DNA from: an uncultured delta proteobacterium
Lineage (GTDB): Bacteria > Desulfobacterota > Desulfobacteria > Desulfobacterales > JAFDCJ01
Direction of reading: 5' to 3'
NCBI GenBank assembly: GCA_963769935.1
Contig: CAVYNY010000028.1
Span: forward strand, 64,001-128,000
DNA length: 64,000 nucleotides
A program made the position numbers and the translations under genes. The notes below the pieces were generated by a model. That model searched no databases. It saw nothing but the letters and a program-made list of their open reading frames with translations, and was not told the DNA's origin. Below, in pieces: positions 1-15,086 of the stretch (positions are counted from its first letter, which is position 1; each line of letters begins with the position of its first letter).

Positions 1-495
1 GCACTTTCATGAACCTGGGAAGAGGCTGAATTATAAATGTCCCCTTCTCGTTCTTCATTCTGTTGGCGGGGTTTTTGTTCTCATATTTCACCTTCGGCAG
101 GTTGCGTTCTGAAAGATGCATGTACATGACTGGAGGAAATATTCTGGCATGCTATTTATCAGGCATTTCGGTTCGATACTACACCTTGTTGGCTTTCATG
201 TTAAGCGGATTTCTGAGCTCCATCACCGGTATTCTGCTGGCAGCACGCGCCGGACACACCATATTACCCTGGGTGAAGGTCTGTTGTTGGACGCCTTTGC
301 CATGTCACTTCTGGGAGGGGTACTGGCGGAGGCCGCGCAAGTATCACCGGGACTCTTGCGGGCGGATTTTTCCTGATGATGGCCATCAATGGGCTCAACA
401 TTCTCGGCGTCGATCCCGCTGCAGAATGGTTGATTAAAGGAGCGTTATTGATGATTCTCGTCATCGTTTCCATCAGGTTCAAGAAAGAAAGATAA
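1..495 (+). CDS. Sugar ABC transporter permease (RbsC/LsrC/LsrD family), 5'-truncated by window edge, frameshifted
   Basis: Joined frames give GGN..A.YLSGI.V, LLAAR, LLLDAFAMSLLGG, GTLAGGFFLMMAINGLNILGV, KGALL motifs typical of ribose-type permeases; stop TAA 493-495. Confidence 0.85.
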
Positions 496-510
496 AGGCA
501 GAGATTTTCC

Positions 511-2075
511 ATGGCTGAAAATAAAGAGTACGTGCTGGTTTTAGATGTCGGCACTGGCAGCGGCCGGGCGATCCTTTTCAAATTAAGTGGAGAGCCGATC
601 GGATTCGAGGGCAGAGAATGGCAGCACAGCGTAGATCCCGATTTTCAGGGTGCTCTCGATTTTGATGTAAACACCAATTGGCTTTTGCTTAAGCGATGCA
701 TCGAAGAGGTCATGCGCAAGACTTCAGCAAACGCCGATGAGGTGAAAGCGGTCAGTATCACCAGCATGCGCCACAGCATGGTCTGCTATGATCACCGCGG
801 CAACCCGGTGGCGGCGTTCCCTAATGCGGATGCGCGTGCGGAAGCTGAGGTGAAATGGCTTATCAGCCAAGGATTGGCAAAACTAATCTACCGGATCGGC
901 GGTGATTGGCCGAGTGTCCATGATGTGGCCCGGCTGCTCTGGCTAAAGAAAAACAAACCTGATTTGTTTAAAAGGATAGATCGCTTCACAATGCTCGAGG
1001 GCTGGCCCATTGTTCAACTTTGCCGCACCTATGTAACCGATCCCTCAAGCGCCTCCAGCAGCGGGCTATTTGATGTCGTCCGAAGAGGTTGGTCGGATGA
1101 GATCATCGAGGCATGTGGGCTGCCAAAAGGAATATTTCCGGAAGTCGCGGATGCCGGCCAAAAAGTGGGTGCGCTGAGCCGCGAGGTTGCCCGGGAACTC
1201 GGACTTTATGCAGGCCCCCGGTGATCATGGCCGGCGGGGACACGCAGTGCGGGCTCCTCGGTTCGGGTGTCGTGGAAGACGGACAGGCCGGTATCGTCGC
1301 CGGCACTTTCTGGTTGGATTGCGTCGTTTTGCCTCAAGCCATCATTGATGATCGTTGCGCATTGAGGACCTCCTGCCACATCATACCCGACAAATGGATC
1401 TTTGAAGGGGTCAGCTTCGTGGGAATGTTTACCCGTTGGTTTCGCGATGCCCTCTGCTCCGGGGAGAAGCAGCGTGCCGCCGAAGAAGGCACCGACGCCT
1501 ACAAAATCCTGGATGAAGCTGCATCACATGTCCCGGCCGGAGCATACGGAATTCAGGTTTGCATGTCCAATATCTTCAATGCCTCCAACTGGGTGCATAC
1601 CGCACCCATGTTCCTGAATTGGGATGTCTGGGATACAAGCAAATCGGCCAAGGAGGTATTCTACCGAGCTCTGTTGGAAAACGTCGCATATCAAACGCGG
1701 GGAGAATTCGGCAATATCCTGCGGCTGGCGGAGACCTCGCTCGCCGAAGTAGTCTTTTGTGGCGGAGCGGCCAAAAGCAGACTCTGGGCTCAGATTCTGG
1801 CAGATGTATTAGGCGCTGAAGTAAGGGTTCCTGAGGTCAATGAGGCGACAGCCCTGGGTGCGGCAATCTGTGCCGCAGCCGGTATAAATAGATATGCGAA
1901 CATGTCTGCGGCAGCACGCGCTATGGTAAAAGTGAATAGAGCGTTTGCGCCCAACCTGGAGAACGCCTCGGTTTACAGCGAAATGTACGCTCAGTGGAAA
2001 AAAATCTATGAACACATGCTTGTCCTTTCCACGGACGGACTTCTCAAACCGCTGTGGAAAGTGGCGGGGACCTGA
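511..2075 (+). CDS. FGGY carbohydrate kinase, LsrK (AI-2 kinase)-like, copy 1; one frameshift near 1220
   Basis: ORFs 511-1224 and 1113-2075 join into a full kinase: LDVGTGSGRA, DARA, RLLWL, GGDTQ, GTFW, RWFRDA, C-terminal LWK-AG; follows E. coli LsrK as recalled along its length. Confidence 0.85.
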
Positions 2076-2090
2076 AATTGGAAAGTAAAA

Positions 2091-3663
2091 ATGGAAAAAA
2101 ATGGAAAATTAATTTTGGTCCTTGATGTTGGGACGGGCAGCGGTCGGGCCATTCTGTTCGATGCCCGCGGGCAGCAAGTTGCTCTGAGTCAACGCGAATG
2201 GGTACACCCGAAACTGGAGCAGTCCCCCGGCGGATTTGATTTCGACACTTCAAAAAACTGGCATTTGTTGAAGAGCTGTATCCATGAAGTCCTGGCAGAA
2301 CCGGGCATCAATGCCGAAAACATCGCGGCTGTCAGCTCTGCTGCCCAGCGGCCCGGGATTGTCTGCTATGATGCCGCTGGCCAGGAGCTCTGTGCCTGGC
2401 CGTGTTTCGATGCCCGTGCGGACGGCGAAACCGAATGGATGATTGAGCAGGGCTACGGACCCAAAATTTACGCAATCAACGGAGACTGGCCGAGCATTCA
2501 CGAACCTGCCCGGTTATTATGGCTAAAGAAAAACAGGCCCCGGACTTTCGAGAAGGTTGCCGGAATAACGATGCTGGATGCATGGGTTTTGTACAAACTC
2601 ACCGGTCAATACGTGGCTGAACCAACGATTGCCTCCTGCAGCGGAATGTTCGATCTCAAGCTTAGAAACTGGTCTTATGAAATTTTAGACTTGCTGCAGC
2701 TGCCGACCGCAATCCTTCCACCGATGGCGGATACGGCATCTGTTATGGGACAGATTTCCACACAGGCCTCGGAAGAGACCGGGCTGCGTCCTGGAACCCC
2801 GGTCGTAGCAGGTGGCGGCGATACCCAACTTGCCCTACTTGGGGCGGGATTGACGGCAGCGGGGGCCGGCCTGGTAGCCGGCACATTCTGGGTTGAAGGT
2901 GTCATCGTGGATGCCCCGCTCATAGACAATGCCCGCAGGAAGACGAGGACCTTCTGCCATTGCTTGCCGGATAGATGGCTGATCGAGGCGGCCAGCTTCA
3001 GCGGCATCCTGGCGCGCTGGTTTCGGGATGTTTTCGCAACGGAAGAAATGGCGCAGGCCGCCAGGGAAGGTTCGAGCGCCTATGAAATATTGAACAGAGC
3101 CGCCCAAAAGGTTCCGCCCGGATCGAATGGTGTCCATGTCTGTTTTTCCTCCCTCTATAACAGCGGAAGGTGGATTCACACCTCACCGGCATTTATGGGG
3201 TGGGATGTATTTGATCTCGATAAATCCGGCAAGCCGGTATTTTGGCGCGCCATACTGGAGAACGCCTGCTATCTGGCCAAAGGCGAGTTTAATCTGATAA
3301 AAGATGTGTCGGGCGTTTCCTTAGAAAGTGTAGTATTTTGCGGCGGCGCCAGCAAGAGTTCTTTGTGGCGGCAGATCCTGGCCGATGTTTTGGGCATTGC
3401 GGTGCTGACGCCAAAAGTTGTTGAAACTACCTCCCTGGGAGCTGCCATGTGCGGTGCGGTGGTGCGGGCTTTACGCCGAGCTGAAGGGGGCGGCTGAAGC
3501 GATGTCTTCGCCCTGTCAGACCACGGAACCGAACCTTGGGAATACGCCGATATACGAGAGTGAATACCGGCGCTGGCTCGAGATAAGCAGACATGCAGGG
3601 GAACTTGTGGATAAAGGCATTCTGAGCCCGATGTGGGCCGCACCGGCAACCAGGGCCAGGTAG
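2091..3663 (+). CDS. FGGY carbohydrate kinase, LsrK-like, copy 2; frameshift near 3460
   Basis: Same motif series (LDVGTGSGRA, GGGDTQ, GTFW, RWFRD, VFCGGASKS); C-terminus LVDKGILSPMWAAP in frame 3418-3663. Confidence 0.85.
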
Positions 3664-3741
3664 CCCCTGTTCTGGCGCTGGTTTATAAAAACCTGCATCC
3701 GGTTTCTGCTTTTGAAATCGACAGATCCAAAAAGGCGAACC

Positions 3742-4307
3742 ATGAACGCGCAAACGAGAAAAGAGTTTTTGTCCAGGGCTTACAACCTCGGATTCGAATA
3801 TGAAAAGACTTACAAAGGATGCGCCCAGTGTGTAATCGCCGCGATCCATGACACGCTGAACATTAGAGATGACAGCGTGTTCAGAGCCGCAACCGGTCTC
3901 GCGGCCGGCGGTGGATTGACGGGAATCGGCGTGTGTGGAGGCTATGTCGGCGGATCGATGGTCCTGAGCCAGCTCTGCGGACGCGACCGATCCGATTTCG
4001 AAGACAAAGTACGGATCCGCCACCGGTCGTTCAACCTTACCAAGAAGTTGATCGATGTCTTCCTTGAGACATTCGGCACGCTCATTTGCAGAGACCTGCA
4101 GGTTCTTCGCTTCGGACGGCCCTACTACGTCAGAGATCCGGAGGAATATGCCAAGTTCGAGGAAGCAGGTGCGCATTTGGATAAATGCACGGATATAGTC
4201 GGAAGGGCGGCGCAAATCACTGTGGGAATCATTCTGGATGAGGGGCTGGTTAAGGTCGAACGTATTGATCACGCCCAATCAAAATCTCCGATCGGGCCGG
4301 ACCGTGA

Positions 4308-4311
<4 letters not shown>
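3742..4311 (+). CDS. C-GCAxxG-C-C family putative redox protein
   Basis: GCAQC, GVCGG, ICRDL, KC cysteine spacing; intact ORF, ATG 3742. Confidence 0.8.
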
Positions 4312-5133
<822 letters not shown>

Positions 5134-5176
5134 ATGATGAAATCGAAATCTTGCACGAGCAGTGCAGGAGAAAAGA

Positions 5177-6223
5177 ATGCAAGCATTAGTGAAATACCGG
5201 ACGGGAGCCGGTTTTTGTGAAGTGAGAAAAGAGTCAGCAGAACCTGTTCCTCATGACAACGAGGTGCTCATCAGGATAAAAGCTGCGGGTATTTGTGGGT
5301 CAGATCTGCATTTTTATGACGGGAGTCTTACGACCTGTATCCCTCCGGTTATCCTGGGACATGAGTTTTCAGGTGTGATTGAGCAGGCGGGCAAAAATGT
5401 CATCAATTTCAAAAAGGGTGATCGGATAGTTGCCGAGGCGCATAAAGGAGGCTGCGGGCTTTGCGTTCACTGCCTGACGGGAAAAGTCGAGATCTGCGAT
5501 CATAAAAGAGCAGCCGGCTACAAAAGTGGACGGCTGCTTTGCGCCCTATCTCACGCTTCAGGAGTTCGCTCTGCATCGGATCCCGGAAAACCTGTCCTTT
5601 GAACAGGCAGATATGATCGAGCCCCTGGCAATAGGTGTCAAGGGGGTTCTCGAAAGGGCTCGGGTCGAACCCGAAGATTTTGTAGTGGTGTTGGGATGTC
5701 GGGCCGATAGGTCTTTTAGCCGCAGCGGCCGCACGCGCTGAAGGTGCCCGAAAGGTGCTTATCACAGGAACTGCTAAGGACGAGAAGGTCAGGCTTCCGC
5801 TTGCTGAGAAGATGAATATCGATTATGCCGTCAATTGCAATCAAGACGATATCGTCGCCAAGGTAATGCACTTAACCAAAGGAAGAGGAGCCGATCTGGT
5901 GGTCGATGCCTGTGGGGCGGAGCCGGCAGTTACATCAGGCTTTTGAGATGATTCGAAAAGAGAGGCAGGATCTGTGCAGTTGGTCACACCGGGAGAGAAA
6001 CCTTGGCCGTGCCGTGGGAAAAAGGCCTGATGAAAAGTATTCAGTTGATTTGGAGCCATAGCTCCAACTGGACCAGCTGGGAACGGGCTATTTCTATATT
6101 GGCGAACGGCAAGATCGATGTGGAGCCCGCTTATCTCCTACAGTTTTCCACTGCAAGAGTGGAAGAAAGCCTTTGAACTGCTCGGAGAATTTGGAGGCCG
6201 TCAAAATTCTGCTGGTGCCCTGA
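5177..6223 (+). CDS. Zinc-binding (MDR) polyol/alcohol dehydrogenase, multiply frameshifted
   Basis: GICGSDLH, GHE, structural Zn CGLCVHC..C, EPLA, GRGADLVVDA; ends KILLVP-TGA 6221-6223. Confidence 0.85.
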
Positions 6224-6248
6224 TTTATTAATAAATCCATGTTGGATA

Positions 6249-7677
<1,429 letters not shown>

Positions 7678-7705
7678 CTAATCCGGGGGGGGGGGGGAAA
7701 ATCGT

Positions 7706-8425
7706 TTAAGGATTAATTTCAGGGTAGTCGATATTTCCCGGTTGCTGAATTAAAAAAAGGACGAGATCGGCAATGTTCTCAGGTTCAATCGGAGGGCCTA
7801 CACTGCATCGTTTGCCCATATAGGTGTCTTTAAGCAAATCGGGGTCCGGACCCCACCCGGGCAAATGGTGTGGACATGAACATTGTGCGGCCTGGCTTCG
7901 ATGGATAGACAGCGTGTAAACCCAAGCAGTCCATGCTTGCTGGCGCAGTAGGCTCCTTGATGGATGAATCCCTGGGTGGCTGGCGGAACTTGCGATCGCA
8001 ATGATCCTGCCCACTTTTCTGATCTTTCATTCTTTAAAAATGCACTTTGACACATAAGAAATGTTGCCGTGAGATTGGTCCGTAGAACCCGATCCCATTC
8101 TTCTATTTTAATTTCAGCGATCGGTTTTTCCAGAAAAATTCCGGCATTGCTAATAAGGACATCCAGGGAATCGAAATGTCGGAATACCACTTTTTAAGGA
8201 AGTCTCTACGGCAACGGGATAAATCATTAGATCACAAGCAACGGCGATGGCCTCACCCCCAACGGTGTGAACCTCATCGACCACTTCCTGCAGCTTATTG
8301 AGTTGAACGCGCCAGTAAGGCCAATTCGCATTTTTTCTCTGCCAAGCGCGATCGCTACGGTTTTGCCGATTCCACAGGCTGGCGCCGGTGATAATCGCTG
8401 TTTTCCCCCTAAGCATGTTTTCCAT
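7706..8425 (-). CDS. SDR family oxidoreductase, frameshifted
   Basis: KTAIITGAS, ISNAG, YCASK, ICPGGV across three frames. Confidence 0.82.
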
Positions 8426-8542
8426 CCTACTTTTTTAAAATAAAAAGTTTGATCAGAAAAAAACTGACTTAATAATCGGACTTAACTCATTTTGATAATC
8501 GGGTTAAATTAAAGAGCATAATCGATGCAGGAACCATGTCAA

Positions 8543-9512
8543 CTAGTAGCCGTACACGCCGCGCAAGATATTGGCAGGATCCGGTGGCGTGCATTCTTTT
8601 TCACTGTAATTTACAGCCACCTCAATCTCTTCATCCACCCGGATTTCTATTTTGCGATACTCTCCTTCGGTTAGAATGCCTTCCTTGATAAGCTCTCTTT
8701 TGAACCTTTTTATCGGATCTTTTTTTTCTCCTTTTTTTCTCTCTTCATCCGTACGGTAGATATCGGCATCACTGATGGAATGACCCGTCCACCGATGAAC
8801 CATGCTCTCTATTAGAGTAGGACCCTTTCCTGTGCGGGCCCTTTGGATAGCCTTACCTGTCTCCAGATAGACTTTTCGGACGTCATTGCCGTCTACGTTG
8901 ACACCCGGCATGCCGTAGCCTTTGGCCCGATCAACCAGCTTTTTCATTCCGGTCGCTTTTTCCACGGACACCGACATGGCATAGGCATTGTTGATCAGAA
9001 CGAAAATGACAGGCAGTTTGAGCGCCGCAGCTAAATTCAAACCTTCATGGAAATCACCTCTGTTGGCGGCTCCGTCACCAAAAAAACATACCATTACGGC
9101 GCCGTTTCCGTCCATCTTAAGGCCCAGGCCCACACCAACGGCTATGGGGATCACACTGCCGATAGGACCCGGCATCGGGATGATATGATGGGAAAGATCA
9201 CCGTACATATGAGAGCCTGCCGGAACTCTGCCCCCTTCACATCCCTGGTCTTTGGCATAATAACCGGCCATCAATTCTTTCAAAGGCATACCCTTCATCA
9301 ATTCCGGGTTCTTGCCGCGGTGGGACAGCGAGACATAATCTCTTTCTTCCAACCCATAGCAGACGCCGACGGCGGTAGCCTCCTGTCCGATTCCCGGATG
9401 ATGGTGCCCCCGCAAGCGTGCCTCTTTAAAAAGGGTGGTGATGCGTTCTTCAAGTCGTCTTCCCATCACCATCCAGTACGCCATTTCTTTTAGATCTTTT
9501 TGGTAGTTGCAT
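8543..9512 (-). CDS. ThDP-dependent dehydrogenase E1 alpha (AcoA/PdhA-like); true start 9512 with a frameshift in an A-run
   Basis: GQEA, HRG, GDGAANRGDFHEGLN..NN ThDP motif, RWTGHS; RBS GAGG before ATG 9512. Confidence 0.9.
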
Positions 9513-9552
9513 ATGACTTCCTCTCTTATCGAACGTTCACCAAAGTCCTTCT

Positions 9553-10767
9553 TCAGTGCAATATCAAAAGGAGCGATTTAAGGCTTTCAAGTTTATCCCG
9601 CATTTCAGCAAAAAACCGAGAAGCAGGACCGCCATGGACCGCCCGATGGTCGTATGAATTGGTCACAAACATTTTTTTTCGAATTTCGATGGATCCGTCT
9701 ATTACGGCCGCAACCTCCCGCACGGCCCCGACACAAATGATCGTCGTCTGGGGAGGTACAATTATCGAAAATCCCGAATATAATCCCAGGGGGCCAACAT
9801 TCGAAATGGTAATGGTGCCATCCTGGACATCTTGGGGTTCAAGTTTGTCTTCGCGGGCCCTGCCAACCAGCGATTTCAATTCCAGGGCCAAATCTGCGAT
9901 CGATTTGTTCTGAACCTGTTTCACCACCGGCACAATCAGCTTTCCATTTGCATCAACCGCGATACCGATATTTAAATCATTTCGAATCACATAATGGCCT
10001 CCAAAACAATGCGCATTGATCTCAGGCGTAACACTGATTCCGGCCTGAATGGCTTTCATTATAAAAGGCATATAGGTCAGCCGCGGCATCGATGAATCAT
10101 TTTGGGTTTCGCCGATATAGTCCGATAATTCCGTTACATCGATATCAATTGATTGAGCATGATGTGGTATTTCGGTCCAACTGGCGGTTAAACGGTCGGC
10201 GATAACTTTACGCCAATGCGTGAGTTTCACGTTTTCGTCGCATCCGGATGTCCGTCGGGCCGCGAAATAAGACTGACTCAATTTGTTTATATTCCGGCTC
10301 GGACTGTTCTTTTTCTGCCTGAATAATTTAACAACATCTTCTTTCGCGATCCGACCCCCTGGTCCGCTGCCGGAGGAGATCAGCGACTAGATCAATACCT
10401 TCTTTTTTGGCGAAGGTCTTGGCCAGCCTGCGATATCCTTTTTTTTTTGGTATTCACGATCTTGAATGATAGTTTCATCTGAGTCTGGTTTATCGGAGTA
10501 TTCTGGTTTATTTTACCTTCAGATACGGCTTCAGTTTCGGCATCAATAATTCCGAAAACAGTCCGACCGGAACACATCGCCAACCTGACATCGTATTTCC
10601 GTTAAAAGCCACTGCCCGGCGCAGGTATTTCGACGTTGACCTTTTCGGTTTCAATGCAATATGGGCTCTCCTTCTTGAACGCTTCCCCGATTTTTTTAAA
10701 ACCATACTAAGATGGTTGCCTCTGCAATACCAAACCCTGTTTCTGGAACTTTGATTTCGTGCAACAT
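9553..10767 (-). CDS. Dihydrolipoamide acyltransferase (E2, AcoC-like), frameshifted
   Basis: Lipoyl domain (IETEK), E3-binding GSGPGGRI, catalytic GTITISNVG and YDHRAVHG; TAATG overlap with E1 beta. Confidence 0.88.
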
Positions 10768-11773
10768 TATGAATCTCTCCCTCTGCCTAAACAATTTAAA
10801 ACCGCCTTAACGATCTTTTGCGCATTCGGCAGATAAAATTGTTCCATTTCCGGAGAAGAGGGAACTGGACAAAAAGGGGCCCCCAGACGTTTTACGGGTG
10901 CTTCCAGAAAATCTAGGCCTTTGTCCGCCAAAACGGCTGCGATTTCACCACCGAATCCACCGGTAACAGGCGCCTCATGGACAATGACGACTTTGCCCGT
11001 TTTTGCCACTGATTGGAGTATAATGTCTTCATCCAACGGCAGTATGGTTCGAGGATCCAATACTTCTGCCTGGATTCCTTTTTGCTCTAAAATCTCAGCT
11101 GCTGCAAGCGCCTGTTGCACCATTGCCGACATAGCGATGATGGTTACATCGTCACCCTTCTCTCTTGATATCGCCTTTGCCGATAGGGACGATGTAATCG
11201 TCTTCGGGAACGGACCCTTTAATCTTTTGTAAAGGAACTTGTGCTCCAAGAACCAGCACAGGATCGTTGTCGCGCACGGCCGCCTTTAAGGAGCCCCTTG
11301 GCATCACCCGGGGGTGGAAGGCAGCACGACCTTTAGGCCGGGAACTCCGGCAAACCAACTCTCGAAGCACTGGGAATGGTGCATCCCCGCTCCCACACCG
11401 CCTCCATATGCTGTCCGATAAACAATCGGAACATCGACCGCCCCTCCCAGCGACCAGCGCATCTTGGCCGCACAATTTACGATCTGCTCGGAAGCGATTG
11501 TCAAAAAATCTCCAAACATCAGTTCTACTATCGGCCGGTACCCTATAAGGGCAGCCCCCACTGCGCATCCGGCAATGCGCAGATTCCGATAGAGGAGCAT
11601 CGATGACGCGGTCACCGCCAAATTCGTCAAAAAGGCCGCGCGTGGCCCCAAAAACGCCCCCCCCCGCCATAACCAACCGCAATGTCCTCACCAATTATAA
11701 AAACCTTGCTGTCTCTGGCCATTTCCTCTCTGAGGGCTTCATTGACTGCATCCACATAATATAAATCCTTCAT
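10767..11773 (-). CDS. ThDP-dependent dehydrogenase E1 beta (AcoB/PdhB-like), frameshifted
   Basis: [47 protein letters not shown]. Confidence 0.9.
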
Positions 11774-11824
11774 TTTCACCTCACTTCTAGGAGTAAATAG
11801 GTGGCATATATAAATCACGTGAAC

Positions 11825-11852
11825 TTGTCAGCATGTAATATATGCATGACAA
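11825..11852. promoter_or_regulatory. Inverted repeat TTGTCA-N16-TGACAA, candidate operator upstream of the dehydrogenase operon
   Basis: Seen directly; lies downstream of a minus-strand TTGACA (11877-11882). Confidence 0.4.
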
Positions 11853-12082
11853 TGTTTACAATTCATATATGTTTCTTGTCAAGAAAGAGTCAGGCAAGGA
11901 TTAGGTTGTTTTCTGTTGATGATGCAAGAAAATGTGACCGATAATTAAGAAAGAGATGGGCTATAAGATGGAATTTTCTTGAAGGATTGTACTATTTGGT
12001 TTTTATTTTTTGCAGATCAAAATAGAAAGTCTTTAGTTTATAAAAGCTCTGGCTTAAATTTTGTTTGAACATTGTTTTGAGA

Positions 12083-12869
12083 TTAGCCAAGCGATCTTTC
12101 AATGGAAGATTTCAACATACAGTTGGGACCGCTAAACCTGGCATCAAAATAGTCAACAGCTTGTCCTTCAGAGTCATACGCAATTCCTTTCATTCGAAGG
12201 CATGGCTCCCACAATTCTACCTGAAGTAACGGTGCGTCCATAAGTGACATCCTAACAGCCATAACCTCCCTCTCAGCCTTGACAATTTCCAAATTGTAAT
12301 ACTTATATAAAAGGCTATAGAGATCCGCTGAAAAACTTTCCTTATTTAAGCAACTTTGAAAATCTGGCAAAAGGCAAATATTGGTCAACAATAATTAGAG
12401 GTTTTTTATCTATGAAACGTAAGCGCTTTAAATGAATAACGGGATCGCCGTGATTGATTCCTAAACCATTTGAAACCGAGGCCAATGAATTTTCCTTTGA
12501 TCTCTCAAGCAAGTTGGTACTATGTTTTCGGTCGAGTTTATTCACCATCTCTCCGAAACTCATAAGTGTGTTCATGTACACCAAAGACACGCCTTCCAAC
12601 TTCTTAACAATTGTTCCTTTCCCTCGAATCCTTTTTAGAGAGTCGTTTTTAATTAATATGTTGATAGCCCGATTTACAGTCGGACGACTAACTTCGAGTT
12701 GCGATGAGATTTCTTCCTCGCTAAAAAAACGGCTCCCAGGTTTTAAAACTTTGCTGGCAAGAAAATGTTCCAGGACATAGGCAACCTGATAATAGAGCGG
12801 CAAATCACTTTCGATTATATAAGACCTGTACTGCGATAAATTATTATTCATATCATCATATGTTTTCAT
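12083..12869 (-). CDS. GntR (HutC/UTRA) family transcriptional regulator, frameshifted
   Basis: PLYYQV, SEEEI..LEVSRPTV..A, RGKGT wHTH; UTRA LKRLRF, SLY-like, KAERE. Confidence 0.85.
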
Positions 12870-13174
12870 GATTACAATGTATCTGTTTTTTTGCAGGATA
12901 TCAATATAAATATGGTTGCCGATTAATTCTCATATCTCTTAAGTGTTTTTAAATATTAGTATTAACTGCAAATTAGATATAGTGGCAGATCTACTTTGGG
13001 ATCAACAAGCAATTTCGCCCTTTCCTTCGAGAAATAAATAAAACGAGGGCTCTTATCAAAAAAGGCCCATTTTAATCCGATAATCTCTGCCGTTTTTGGG
13101 TTTCATCAATTTTTTTCCATTATATGGAACCGGTTGTCGTGAATCAAGAATGCCGGATAAAAATAAATCCTCAA

Positions 13175-13470
13175 TCACCCGCTTGCCGGCTGCTGGAGCG
13201 GCAGCGTGTATCTGGCCAGCACCCAGCCGAACTCCCCGTCGGGCAGTTCCACGTACAACCAGTCTTCGGTGCTGCCATGCACGGTTAGAACCGTTCCGCT
13301 GGAAACCCTGGCCACGACCGCCTGATCCAGTGCGGACCCCGAGCGGACGTTCAGGCGCTCAGCGGTGACGGCCACCCGATCGCCGGCAACCGCTTCGAAA
13401 TCCGGCGCGGGTTCCGTCACTACGACTTCCCGCGGCCGTTCTACCACCACATAACCGACGGCACTGCCGG
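13175..13470 (-). pseudogene. C-terminal fragment of a bacterial SH3 domain protein
   Basis: LNVRSG..VVARV..GTVL...WLYVELPDGEFGWV SH3_3 pattern; GC-rich and without a native start. Confidence 0.65.
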
Positions 13471-13471
13471 T

Positions 13472-13660
13472 AACGCAGTGTTCATTATTCCAACCGGTAG
13501 ATTGTTGGTAGAAGCAACAAAAACCGTCGACGAGATCTTCGAGATCATGGAGAAGGACTCGCAAGAAAAAGGCCAGGCCTTTCAGGACATCCAGGGCGAT
13601 GTTTGATGAACCTGATGATGCACGGCATTGACGAGCCCAACATCGACTACAAGGACATCG
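13472..13660 (+). pseudogene. hsdM: Two out-of-frame fragments of a type I R-M methyltransferase (HsdM)
   Basis: NAVFIIPTGRLLVEATKTVDEIFEIMEKDSQEKGQAFQDIQGDV joined directly to LMNLMMHGIDEPNIDYKD; both recognised from memory as HsdM segments, with the intervening GQFxTP/SAM-binding region missing. Confidence 0.65.
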
Positions 13661-14238
13661 ACGAGCGCTACAAGGCGAAATGTTGCGATAGTGATGCCAA
13701 GGACTGGCTGGAGCAGGTTCGGATTCTGCGCGATGCCCAGGGCTCGCTCCTGAAGCCACGCTTGCCACCATTCGACAACAGACCGCGAAAGCGCCGGTTG
13801 CCTGCAACAATTTTTTGAAATTGGCCTTCCTTGAAGGCTGTCAGCGGGCTGGTCTGTTTGATGCCATTGCAGAGGGAGGTGACGCACTATGAGGTTGGGG
13901 ACATCTTGGATTTTGGATTTTAATTCCAACCACATTTTAAAGATAGCATGGACAAATATGTATTTATAATTTATCCAAAAATTCGTTGATAGCTATTTGC
14001 TCAATGGAAAGTTTTATCCCCTTACACTGGACCACAATCCAAAAGATTGAAACTATCGAATAATCTCAGCATTTAGATATATTTTAGCGACCACAGCTTT
14101 CCCAAAACCACTGATAAGAGAATAATACCTTAGAAATCATGCGATTTGAACCCCGAGGTATTTTGTCGAAGCCCAACCATAAATTTTTCCAAATCTCTCA
14201 TTCCATCGCCTTAATATCCGGGAAAGACTGATCGCCCG

Positions 14239-14417
14239 CTATAAGTGCCCTCCAAGCGGCCGTTTTCTGTCAAAATGGTATTTCCCGCAGCTCTCACAGA
14301 AAAATACCTCGTGCGTCTGCAATTTGAGCACGCATTGCCGGCAGGCAGAGAATTTCTTGCCCTCGATAAACACCTTTGACCGCCGATTGCACCGTTGTGA
14401 CAAATTTCACATTCCAT
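14239..14417 (-). pseudogene. Possible small CxxC-rich (zinc-finger-like) protein with one frameshift
   Basis: MECEICHNG then, one frame over, KVFIEGKKFSACRQC..FFCESCGKYH. Confidence 0.3.
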
Positions 14418-15086
14418 GAAGGCCTGCTTTATCCAAAGCAATCCCACACGTCAAACCCGGTGATAACGAACTGGCCGGCAATAGGCGACCACCGGTTTTT
14501 AATGGCCCACTTTAAGCTCCACCCTCAAGCCGGTTTTTTAATTCCCAAATCGCCGAGGATCCATCCCGGCCGTTTCAACCTCAATTCAACGATTTCCAGA
14601 ATAAAACAAAAAATCTTCCCAAATTTTCTCTATGTGAAATAATTCGAATAATATAAATATGTCAAATAAATTTTATTTTATGTATAATTTCGGCGCCTTA
14701 AACGCCAATACCGTAGGAAGATAGCCCTCTTCCTTTTTCCCAGCTCTGGCAAAGTCGAAGGGCCTGTCCTGAGCAAAGTCAAGGGATAACCAGTTCATAG
14801 CCACCAGGTTTTTACCTTGCTAAACCCTGATTTTTGATGATATCTGTAATTTGTCCTGCTGCCAGATAGTGGCAAGAAAATCTGCCGCCGGGAATCTGTC
14901 AAATTTAGGCCAAATTTGGAGCATATCTTAAATTTTGCCGAGGTTTAGAGAATCTCAATATATAAGAAAGGCGAATCGACGCCGGTATGGCCGCAAGGCT
15001 CCAACAGCGTTATCAATGCTGAACCGGCCGACACCTGTTGCGGCAATATTATCAATAATGACTTCTTAGAATAATTCAGAACAGAA

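Noticed and set aside
5944..5946. TGA inside the Zn-dehydrogenase as possible selenocysteine
   Set aside because: Homology continues in another frame (QAFEMIRKRG); it is a frameshift, not readthrough
7685..7697. G13 tract as a phase-variation switch upstream of lpdA
   Set aside because: Intergenic and within the error-rich region, so tract length is unreliable
13175..13810. 211-aa ORF as one real gene
   Set aside because: Its N-terminal half is the antisense of hsdM fragments; only the SH3 part looks coding
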